64,000 nt of DNA from Octopus sinensis (Eukaryota): NCBI RefSeq assembly GCF_006345805.1, contig NC_043004.1, positions 70,680,001 through 70,744,000 of the forward strand. The letters are read 5' to 3'. This document shows, in pieces, positions 13,250-25,882 of this stretch. The translations under genes and the position numbers were made by a program. Below the pieces are notes generated by a model. It was not told the DNA's origin. It did not search any database and saw nothing but the letters and a program-made list of their open reading frames with translations. Each line of letters begins with the position of its first letter. Within the stretch, counting starts at the first letter, position 1.

Positions 13250-13744
13250 AAAGGGCTTAGTAAAATAAATTACTTTGCCGCATACTGAACTCATTAGAAA
13301 TAGCAGCCAAAAAACTTTTTTAAGGCTATTTCTAATACTTAAAGAAAATCTCTCTCATATATAGTGTTTGCATAATTTAACTCACAAAAGTTTGGGGGTA
13401 ATGACATCGAAAAATCAAATGCTAAGGTTATTCGAGAACGTACGTTTCAAGATTAGTCAAAACAACATTTCTATCTCAATCTCCTTGTAACACCAAGATG
13501 AACTGAAGGCAAGGATTATGGCAGCATTCACTAACTTAAACAAGGAGACTGTCCAGAAGATTTGCAGGAGATTCCAAAGTCGTCTGCAGGCCGTGGTTGA
13601 AGCCAATGGCGATTTTATAGAATCAATTTACTCTTTAGTATTTCAAGATATTTTATGTAATTTTAGTAAATATATCTGTTAAAATGAGATGCCAGTGTTA
13701 TTTTCATTTCTGCGTGATTTAGATGACAATGTATTTACCGTACT

Positions 13745-13788
<44 letters not shown>

Positions 13789-14448
13789 AAAGGGCTTAGT
13801 AAAATAAATTACTTTGCCGCATACTGAACTCATTAGAAATAGCAGCCAAAAAACTTTTTTAAGGCTATTTCTAATACTTAAAGAAAATCTCTCTCATATA
13901 TAGTGTTTGCATAATTTAACTCACAAAAGTTTGGGGGTAATGACATCGAAAAATCAAATGCTAAGGTATTCGAGAACGTACGTTTCAAGATTAGTCAAAA
14001 CAACATTTCTATCTCAATCTCCTTGTAACACCAAAGATGAACTGAAGGCAAGGATTATGGCAGCATTCACTAACTTAAACAAGGAGACTGTCCAGAAGAT
14101 TTGCAGGAGATTCCAAAGTCGTCTGCAGACCGTTGTTTTGACTAATCTTGAAACGTACGTTCTCGAATAACCTTAGCATTTGATTTTTCGATGTCATTAC
14201 CCCCAAACTTTTGTGAGTTAAATTATGCAAACACTATATATGAGAGAGATTTTCTTTAAGTATTAGAAATAGCCTTAAAAAAGTTTTTTGGCTGCTATTC
14301 TAATGAGTTCAGTATGCGGCAAAGTAATTTATTTTACTAAGCCCTTTTATATAATGTAATAATTTGAATTCGCCTTGAATGGTCCCTTTGCATACTGAAC
14401 ACTTGGTGAAATTGATTAATAATTAATTAATTTCGCCCTCAATTGTTG

Positions 14449-14488
<40 letters not shown>

Positions 14489-15404
14489 AGTATGTTGATG
14501 CAAACAGAAAAAATAGAACCAAAAAAAACATGAGTATATATATCATCATCATCATCATCATCGTTTAGCATCTGCTTACCATGCTAGCATGGGTTGGACG
14601 GTTCAACTGGGGTCTGGGAAGCCAGAAGGCTGCACCAGGTTCAGTTTGATCTGGCAATGTTTCTACAGCTGGATGCCCTTCCTAACGCCAACCACTCCAT
14701 GAGTGTAGTGGGTGCTTTTTACATGCCACTGGCACAGTTACCAGATGGGGCTGGCAAACGGCCACGGTCGGATGGTGCTTTTTATGTGCCACCGGCACGG
14801 GGGCCAGGCGACGCTGGCAACGGCCACGAACGGATGGTGCTTTTTACGTGCCACCGGCACGAGGCCAGTCGGGGCGGCGCTGGCAACGGCCACATTCGGA
14901 TGGTTCTCTTACATGCCACCGGCACTGGTAACTCAGCTGCAATTTCCATTGATCCATTTCGATTCTGATTCTGATTCTAACTTGCCTCAACAGGTCTTCA
15001 CAAGTAGAATATTTTTATTAATATTTAGCAGAATTAACAGAGTGACTCAAGGTCCAAGAGATTCATACATTTGATAAGTTCCAATACACAAAACTCTTGA
15101 AGCTGAAGTGACTTTATATATAATGGAACTGTGATTAAGTATATCAGAAAAAATATATATAAGTCGAAACCTTTTATGGTTTTTATAATTATTTATGTTA
15201 TATAATATCATGTTATGTTATATTCATAGTATTTAATGTCATATTGTAATAAAAATGAATTATTGGATTGTCAATAGCATATCTCTATATGTAATCTATC
15301 TTTATAATTGAATTATGCCAATATTTATATGGTATCCTACTGATGTACCAGTGAATTGGGTGTTTAACACACCTCTTTGAAGGATTTGTTTTCCTCAGTT
15401 TGCT

Positions 15405-15451
<47 letters not shown>

Positions 15452-15729
15452 TCATCATCGTTTAGCGTCCGCTTTCCATGCTGGCATGGGTTGGACGGTG
15501 CAACTGGGGTCTGGGAAGCCAGAAGGCTGCACCAGGTCCAGTCTGATCTGGCAATGTTTCTACGGCTGGATGCCCTTCATATACATACATACATACACAT
15601 GCACACATGAATGTATGCAATGATATACACATGAATACATGCAGAGACATATAGACCCCCATAAAGAATTATACATACATGCACATACACACCACACAAT
15701 GTGCAACATACACACATGCAAACACAATA

Positions 15730-15781
<52 letters not shown>

Positions 15782-17160
15782 ACATACATACAGAGGGTTT
15801 CTTTAGTTCATATTACACATACCTTTATTTCAGAATCCGAGTTGTTTTTCTTGTGGATGAGCTTCAAGAGATGCTGACGGCCAAGAGATGCAGCAAAGGA
15901 CAACCCTCCAGTGATTTTATCATCATTGATCACTTGTTTCAGGAAATCAGGAGCTGCTCTGTAATAAAGGACAAGGAAGAGAAGAATAGACAACAGCAAC
16001 ATCAACATCAACAGCACCATCATCCTCCTCCTCATCATTGTTTAACATCCACTTTACTATGCTTGCAGGGGTCAGACTAAATTCATGGAGGGAGATTTTC
16101 CATATGGCAAGCAAGTAGAATCATTAGCATCACAGGCAAAATGCTTATTTCTTTATTGCCCACAAGGGGCTAAACATAGAGGGGCAAACAAGGACAGACA
16201 AAGGGATTAAGTCAATTACATCGACCTCAGTGCGTAACTGGTACTTATTTAATCAACCCCAAAAGGATGAAAGGCAAAGTCGACCTTGGCAGAATTTGAA
16301 CTCAGAATGTAGCAGCAAACGAAATACTACTAAGCATTTCACCTGGTATGCTAACATTTCTACCAGCTCGCCGCCTTCAAAATGGCAAGCAAAATGCTTG
16401 GCAGCATTTCATCCACGTTTATGTTCTGAGATCAAATTCCGTTGAGGTTGACTTTATCTTTCAGCCTTTCAGGGTTGATAAAGTACCAGCTGAAAACTGG
16501 GGTCGATGTGATTGACTAGCGCCATTCCCTGAAACTGCTGGTCTTCTGCCAATATTTGAAATCAATATTTGTGTTAGATAAAGTGGCAAGCTGACAGAAT
16601 TGTTAGCCAGGCAAAATGCTTAGCAGCATCGACGGTTATATTCTGGGTTCAAATTCCATCAAGGTTGACTTTGCCTTTCATCCTTTCAAGGTCAATAAAA
16701 TAAGTACCAGCTGAGAACTGGGGTCGATGGAATCAACTAGCCCCGTCTCAAAATTACTGGTCTTGTGCCTATATTTGAAATCAATGTTTGTGTTAGTCTT
16801 TCAAACAAAAACAGAACCAAAAGCCAGACGTATTTTAAATGGAAAAGCGTAGATGGACAACACGACTTGTATAAGTATTGTTTGTTTACAATTAGTGTAA
16901 TGTCAAGACAAAGGGACATGAACAAGCACCCACACACATACACATGATGGGCTTCAATCAGATTCCATGTACCAAATCCTTGCCCAAAGTGCTGTGGAGT
17001 GGAATCAAACTGGAAACCACAAGGCTGCAAAGCAAAACTGTTAACCACACAGCCATGACTCTATCTTTTCTAAGATAAAAAAAGTACCCGATGAATATTA
17101 ATCAGTTATAACACATTGTCCCCAAAGCAAATTTGTAGCCTTGCTTTAATGTCCCTTCGT

Positions 17161-17202
<42 letters not shown>

Positions 17203-20200
17203 TCATGTGTATAAGCATCTAGTTATGTCTGAATGAATATGTCTCTCACACTGTATATTTCTCGTGTGTGTGTGTGTGTGTGCATTTGCCCCCCTGTACC
17301 AAAAAGTACTTCCATCAAAACAGGTTGAATGTCAGACATGTCAAATCATCAGCATCCAATTGGCCATGCCCAATCGCCTCATCATCATCTCTGTTTCACA
17401 TTTTGTTTTCCATACTGGCATGGGTTGGATGGTTTGACAGGAGCTGGCCAGACAGGGAAACTGGCCAGACAGGGAAACTGGCCAGACAGGAAGCTGTCCA
17501 GATGGGAAGCCGGCCAGACTCCACTTATCTATTTTGGTTTGGTTTCTATGGCTGGATGTCCTTCCTAATGCCAACCACTTTACAGGGGTGTACTGGGTGG
17601 TTTTCACGTGCCACAGACGTGTGCATTTATGCATCCTCAGAACAAGCACATTTCACATGGTACTGGCACAAAATATAAAAAAAAGGTACTTACTTGGAGT
17701 CCTTGTTCTTCAGGGCTTCGACAATACCATACATGAGGTTAGCCGTTGTACACAACGGATCGAGTTCCAACACTTCTTTCACAGCTTCCTCAAACATGGA
17801 CAAACTGTAGCCACATGTCAGGTCTTTCTACAGTGGGAAACAGGAAACATGTAAAACATGAAAGTATTTTAAGGGTTGATAATTAAAGCTGTGATGTTAA
17901 ATCTATAATGCTTATGGTCAATATAGAGAAATGGGAGATAACTCTAATAAGATCAGTTAATTGAAATTTTGGGGACAGCCCTGTGTGTGTTGGGAAAGTT
18001 GAACATGCAATGGTAACAGCTTTGTGAATGGTAACAAGCTGCGATCATAAAGGATTTTCCCACATGTATAAACGAGCTAGCAGCATTAATGATCTTTTTT
18101 TTCTTTTGCTTTGCTGCTTAGAAGATAGATACATGAATATGTGTTTATTTGAATGCAATAATGCATTTATGAGAATACATTAGTGTGTTTAATGTGTTTA
18201 TGTGAATATATATTAGTGCATTTATATACTCTCTTTTTACTCTTTTACTTGTTTCAGTCATTTGACTGCGGCCATGCTGGAGCACCGCCTTTAGTCGAGC
18301 AAATCGACCCCGAAACTTATTCTTTTGTAAGCCCAGTACTTGTTCTATCGGTCTCTTTTGCCGAACCGCTAAGTGACGGGGACGTAAACACACCAGCATC
18401 GGTTGTGAAGCAATGCTAGGGGGACAAACACAGACACTTATATATATATACATATATATGACAGGCTTCTTTCAGTTTCCGTCTACCAAATCCACTCACA
18501 AGGCATTGGTCGGCCCGGGGTGTATAGCAGAAGACACTTGCCCAAGGTGCCACGCAGTGGGACTGAACCCGGAACCATGTGGTTGGTTAGCAAGCTACTT
18601 ACCACACAGCCACTCCTGCGCCTTTATGAGTACTTTAGTGTGTTTACGTGAATAACATCATCATCATTATCATCATCAACAGTTAAGCTTTTAAGCATTC
18701 AGATAACAATATTTATTCACATTGTTTCAAATTTATCCTGCATTATCTTGTAGCCTTGACATTTCCATGATGTGATTGCTTATTTTCAGACCAACATTGT
18801 AGGGTAGGTGTGAAAAGCTGAAACCGGCTGATTTGAACATAAAACAAACAAAATATTTTGGCCGGATATGGCCAGCTTAAATGCTAAAGGGTTAAAGTCT
18901 GTTTTTCCATGCTAGCATGTATTGGATGGTGATTATACACAACTATTGTGCACTACATTATACACTAGTTTATTGGTGTATATTAGTATATACTAGTGCA
19001 TTTGGTGTGAATAGAGGAGTGTGTTTTTGTGTGAATTTTTAAAACACTACATAGATAGTGAGTATATATACATGCATTTGTAAACTGTAGTTATTAAGTC
19101 CCAGGTCAGTCCTGATCAGGCTAACCTATGATGAAGGGCTTTTCAGGCTTGCCTATCCAATCTTTTTACTTTGTCAAGCACAGTGTATCAAAGACAACAT
19201 TATCTAATGTGTCGTTCCATTTTTAAGGACAGTAGGGAGATTTGGCTGCTATTTCTAGTAAACTGAACAAAAACATAGAGACTTTATTGCTTCATGCGTG
19301 TTTGCATTCATGAGAACATATATATGTGTTTGTGTGTGTTTGACCATGTATGTGTGTGTGTGTGTACATGTGCTGCATGAGTGCAACCTGCTACAATGCA
19401 GATGTAACTCAGATATCAATGTAGATGACAGTAACTTACCATGAGTCGTTTGAAGCTGTACATAGCCAACCTGATCATCGGAAGAAGTCGACCTTCTCTT
19501 GCACTGAAAATAGGTACAAAAAAAAAATTTGCATGATATAATATGAGAAATATGATATAATATGAGAAATATATGAGATATCTTTATATATAAAAGTGAG
19601 GTTGTGTGCTGTCTGTCTCCTACGATTTAGATTCCTAACTACTCCCACATTTTGCAGTGTAGTTCAACCAAAACCGGGTATCTTATAGTCGTGATTCATA
19701 CCGAGCCCTTCTGGGTATTAGCGCGCGTCTACGATGAGTCTACGATTTTAAAAAGAATTTACCATCATTTTTTCCCATTTTTAATGCATTTTTGGCATAT
19801 ATAAGGGAAGTAACTCTCTAAAAATTTATTATTAAATCTCAGAACGTAAAAAGCTACAGTAACACCCACCTTTGTGGTTAGCCATATTGAGATGGCTATT
19901 ATACTTTACATCTCTAAAAATGCTTATATAGTTATTTCCCTTACCAACCCGAGCAACGCCGGGCGATACTGCTAGTATGATATAATATGAGAAACTTCTG
20001 GTTGTCAATCATTGTCATTATAATTGTATTAACTTCCATTTGTCCATGCTTGCATGGGTTAGATGCAGTTTGCTGAAGCAGATTTTCTACAGTCTTACGT
20101 TCTTCCTGTCGTCAGCCCTCACTTATTTCCAAGCAAGTACTATTTCCTATGGCTAGACATATTTATACAGAATACTGGAAGGGAATGACACTGCTTCTAT

Positions 20201-21428
20201 GACAAAGACACAATTATCACGCAATGTGAAAACAAAGACACACAAACACACGTATATATCATCATCACCATCATTTAACATCTACTTCCTATGTTGACAC
20301 GGGTAGGACAGTTTGATTGGGAACCAGTGACCTGCAGACCTATGTTGAACTCTGATGTCGGCTTTAGCACAATTTCTACAGCTAGATGCCCTTCCTAACA
20401 CCAACCACTTTACAGAGAGTACTTAAGGCGCTTTTCTCATTCCACCAGCACTAATTTGCAAGACAAAAAAAGGACAGAGAAAAATGGAAAAGGGAAAAGC
20501 TCCCACTACTAAGAGGGAGTATTTGGGAGGGGAAGGTAGAGGTGAGTGGCTGTATGCCAGGTGTTGAAAGGTTAAAGTAGGATAGAGGAACAAGCACAGG
20601 TGTCTTGTTGTAGGGGATATATATGGCTGAAGGAGATAAGAGGTAGGGGGTGATAGGGCATTAAAGCAACCTAACCCTACAATATCAGCATGAATCAGGT
20701 CCATTTCCTGTTCATCACTCCTTTGAGAGATCATGTATCTCATTTAAAAGCTGTGGAGAGGGAGAAACAGGGATACATAAGGGGCTACAGTAGGTGGGTC
20801 ATGATGGTAGATAATGGGAGGGCATGGAGAAGGATAGCAAATAAAAAAGATGTTTAGAATGGGGTATAGAAGAGAGAGAGAGAGAAAGAGCAGTGGTTGA
20901 AGGCACAAAAGGGAGGTGATCGACTGAAAAAATTGTGTGGGCAGGGATGATGAGGAATGGAAGTATTTCAGTGGGATGAGGACCATTTGGAAGGGAATGG
21001 GATGTAATATGTGCTGATATTGCTCTCAGGTGAGAACAGTAGTTATGCAGGCTTCTTTCAGTTTCCATCTACCAAATCCACTCACAAAGCTTTGGCTGGC
21101 CTGGTGCTATATTAGAAAGTACTTGTCTCTGATATCACACAATAAAACTGAACCTGAAACAATGTGGATCGGAAGCAAACTTCTTAACCACACAGCCATC
21201 CTTGCATCTGTAAGATGTAAGGAATAACAATACTCTTTTACTTGTTTCAGTCATTCGACTGCGGCAACGCTAGAGCACCGCCTTTAGTCAAGCAAATTGA
21301 CCCCAGGACTTATTCTTAGGAAGCCTAGTACCTATTCTATCTGTCTCTTTTGCCAAACCGCTAATTTATAGGGACATAAACACACCACCATCGGTTGTCA
21401 AGCAATGTTGGGGGGAGAAACACAGATA

Positions 21429-21466
<38 letters not shown>

Positions 21467-24400
21467 TATATACGACAGGCTTCTTTCAGTTTCCGTCTAC
21501 CAAATCCACTCACAAGGCTTTGTTCAGCCTGAGGCTATAGTAGAAGACACTTGTCCAAGGTGCCATGCAGTGGGACTGAACCCAGAACCATGTGGTTGGT
21601 AAGCAAGCTACTTACCACACAGCCACTTTTGCGCCTAATAATAATGTTTTATTAGTAACCACACTTTGGATTTACCTCACTGGCTATGGTAAGGCCTTTC
21701 AGGGAGGGCCATGTTGTTGTTAAAAAGTCCACTTCATAACCACCTGGTTCCAGATTATTTGATTCAATATCACAGCATGGCACTCAGGGAAAATGACATC
21801 TAGTTTAACTCCAGGTCAAAGCAAGCTTTGTGGGTGAAGTCAGGTTAGACTAGTACAGGAGCCTGTGAGATGGATTCAGCTGTATCTGTTCTTAAGTGGT
21901 TGACTTAAACTGTGACCCTGGCACTTAAATGTGTTTAGTGGTGTCCAGTCTGTGGGAAGTATCTGGATCAAGACTCTGGTCAGACAGTATTTTATGAGAA
22001 ATGCGGTTTCTTCTCTTCTTTCTCCCTTACAGCCACCACAATACATAGCAAAGTCAAGCTCACTAAAATTCTCAGCCCTCAACTTGCAACTCATTAACAG
22101 CATCAAATGTTACTGACATCATCAGAACAGTCTACGGGTAAAGTTCCTGTAAAGTACATGAGTTCGGTTCATTCAACTAAATCAGCCAATTAAATATGCA
22201 AAGTCTGCAAAGTAAGTACTGTGGATAGAATACACACCCACACACATAAGCATGCATACACACACATGCATGCACACATGCGTTCACACACACACACACA
22301 CACATATGTAAAGTGAGAGAGGATAACCATACCTTTCAGATTGTGCTAAGTTAACACATTGACCTGCAATAAATTCTGCATCTTCAAGGAGACCTTCTTT
22401 AATGCTAACTTCCTCCAAAATCTGGCGAACAAAAAGAACAAAAAAACAAAAATATATCTGTTGATTTGATTTAAGAAAGGCAGAAACACTGACTCAAACC
22501 AAAAAAGTGTCCCTATACAACAACACTGTGTCAGACACAAAAGATATAAGACATTCTGTTGCAGAGTAAATAAAATGATATTATCCAGTGTGTTGTATAT
22601 AGAAGATACAACACAGTGCTATGAAGAACATAAAATGATGTTCAATATGTTGTATACAGGTGAACTGGCAGAAACGTTAGCACACTGGGTGAAATACTTA
22701 GTGGTATTTCGTCTAAGTACCTATTTCTTTATTACCCACAAGGGGCTAAACATAGAGGGGACAAACACGGACAGAAAAAGGGACTAAGTCGATTACATCG
22801 ACCCCAGTGCGGAACTGGTACTTAATTTATTGACCCCGAAAGGATGAAAGGCAAAGTCAACCTCGGCGGAATTTGAACTCACAACGTAACGACAGACGAA
22901 ATACCGCTAAGCATTTCATCCGGCGTGCTAACGTTTCTGCCAGCTCGCCGCCTTTTCGTCTAATTACCAGTTGTATACTGAGGTCAATCTAATCCACTAC
23001 CCCTCGCCTCCCAAAAAAATTTTGGGCCTTGTACACGAGAGTAGAAAAGAATATGTTGTATACAGAAGATATAATATACTATGCCATACATTAAATGATA
23101 TCATTCAGCATGCTGTATATAGAAGAATTGTAGAATCGAGACCATCAATTGATGATCTGGATCTAGAATTCAAAAGTACTGCTTTGTTGTACACTGTGTC
23201 AATCTGACTCCTTTTCAAAATTACATTAAGGGTGCGCATGTCTGTGGAATACTCAGCCACTTACATGCAAATTCAATGGTTATGTAGTTCAGTTGATTGA
23301 ACAACAAAAAACTCATGCAGTTCTATATCTTAGAGATGAGGAATTATGTACATTATTTACATTATTTACATTTGACAGATATTTGTCCTCAGCACCAACT
23401 GATCGTGGCCGTTGCCAGCCTCCTCTGGCCCCTGTGCCGGTGGCGCGTAAAAAGCACCCACTACACTCGCAGAGTGGTTAGCATTAGGAAGGGCATCCAG
23501 CTGTAGAAACACTGCCAGATCAGATTGGGCCTGGTGCAGCCTCCTGGCTTCCCAGACCCCAGTTGAACCGTCCAACCCATGCTAGCATGGAAAACGGACG
23601 TTAAACGATCACGATGATGATAATCTTGTGTTAACAACAAACGGGATGAGGACAAATATCCGTCAAATGTAAATGATGTAAAAACTCATGGTTGAAAATT
23701 CTAAGGTCCATTTTAATTTAGTATATATAGTATTTGGAAGATATAACACTGTACAGTATATAAACAGTATTATGTGATGTGTAGTGTATAGAATTGTTTA
23801 TATACCTTGTAGTTAGTAGAGAGAATGAAGATGGATGCTGAGTAAAGAAAAGTGCAGTAATAATAATAATAATAATAATAATAATCCTTTCTAGGTACAA
23901 GCCCTGAAATTTGAGGGGAGGGGGATAGTCAAACATATTGACACCCCACCTCCGTACTTGACTGGTACTTAATTTATCGCCCCCAAAAGGGTGAAAGGCA
24001 AAGTCAACCTCGTCAGAATTCGAACCCAGAATGTAAAGTCAGATGAATGCCGCTAAGCATTTTGCTCAGCATGCTAACAATTCTGCCAGCTGCCTGCCAT
24101 TGTAGTGGGGAGGGAGGGAGTGAGGAGGAGGGTGGTGGTGGTGGTATTGGTGGTGGTGATGATGATGATGATGATGAGGAGAAGGAAGAGGAGGAGTAGG
24201 AGGAGATAAGATAACAGATGAAGAAAGCAGAAGAGACATACCTGCCAAAATGAAAGCAGTCCACCAGCTTGTACGACACCTTCTTTCACAATATCAACAT
24301 CGCACAATTTCACCCCTTCTAATGTACGGATATATGCCAGGGTGTTGAAGTTTTTCTCTTCTTTAAAACACGAACTTTCCAACATCTGAACAAAAGAAAA

Positions 24401-25232
24401 CAAAGAAGGGAAAAAAACAGAAATATATAATTTGCCAGGTATTTTTGTTCACCAAATAAGACAAAAGTGAATAAAACAAAACATATAAAAAAATAAACAA
24501 CTATACATGTCTACAGGAAAATGTGAGAAGTGAAATTGAGCTCACCTGTTTCCACACTATCTGTAGTTCTTCGAGAGATGTGAAGATGTTCATGGCACAC
24601 CAGCATCTCAGCTTCCACATCCATTGCTGAACACTGACACTGATCTGATCTGTAGAGTAAAGAAGACAACAAAAACAAGAAGACCATTATTATTTTTATT
24701 AACATTTTTATTATTATTATTATTATTAGCACTCTGTTTCTTATTTCTTATTTCTTTATTGCCCACAAGGGGCTAAACATAGAGGGGACAAACAAGGACA
24801 GACAAACAGATTAAGTTGATTACATCAACCCCAGTGTGAAACTGGTACTTAATTTATCAACCCCAAAAGGATGAAAGGCAAAGTTGACCTCGGCAGAATT
24901 TGAACTCAGAATGCAGTGTCGGACAAAATACCACAAAGCATTTCGCTCGGCGTGCTAACGTTTCTGCCAGCTCACCACCTTTCTTCATCACCACCATCTT
25001 TGTCACCATTATTGTCATCAACAGCAGCAGCACCATCACCACCACCACTATCATCATCATCATCACTATCACCACCATCGTCATCATCATCAACAACAAC
25101 ACTCATTGTCGTCCGCACCACCACAGCAATCACTGTTTTTCTTACCATCATCATCATCAATACAATCATTGTCATCAGTAGCAGTACCACCATCACCAAC
25201 AACACCACTGTTATCATCATCATCTCCCATTG

Positions 25233-25274
<42 letters not shown>

Positions 25275-25814
25275 CATTAACCGTACATTAATCGGTGTGC
25301 ATTCAAAGCAATGATTAGTAATTTACGAAACCGGTATGCTTTTAAATCTAGTTAACAATTCACAATAATTCACATCTAATTATATATATCTTTCATTACT
25401 TTTCATAAAAAGCCTTTACTTTTTTTGATTTCCAATGTGCATTTTCGCTTATTTTTCTTCTTACTTTCCCCCGTGTAGTTTCTATTTTCTTTTTGTAACA
25501 TATTTCTATTATTTATATATATATATATATATATCGATCAATGGAAATTGTAGCTGTGATACCAGTGCCGGTGGCACATAAAAAGCACCATCCGACCGTG
25601 GCTATTTGCCAGACTTGTCTGGCACCTGTGCCGGTGGCACGTAAAAAGCACCCACTACACTGATGGAGTGGTTGGCGTTAGGAAGGGCATCCAGCCATAG
25701 AAACCAGGCCAGAACAGACTGGGCCTGGTGCAGCCTTCTGGCTTCCCAGACCCCAGTTGAACCGTCCAACCCATGCTATCATGGAAAGCGGATGCTAAAC
25801 GATGATGATGATGA

Positions 25815-25882
<68 letters not shown>

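Noticed and set aside
13270-13310. CTAATGAGTTC... motif on the minus strand as a further hammerhead
   Set aside because: No properly spaced GAAA box or stems.
17444-17492. Triple 17-bp CTGGCCAGACAGGGAAA, and the double 19-bp repeat at 6651-6690
   Set aside because: Local slippage duplications with no sign of function.
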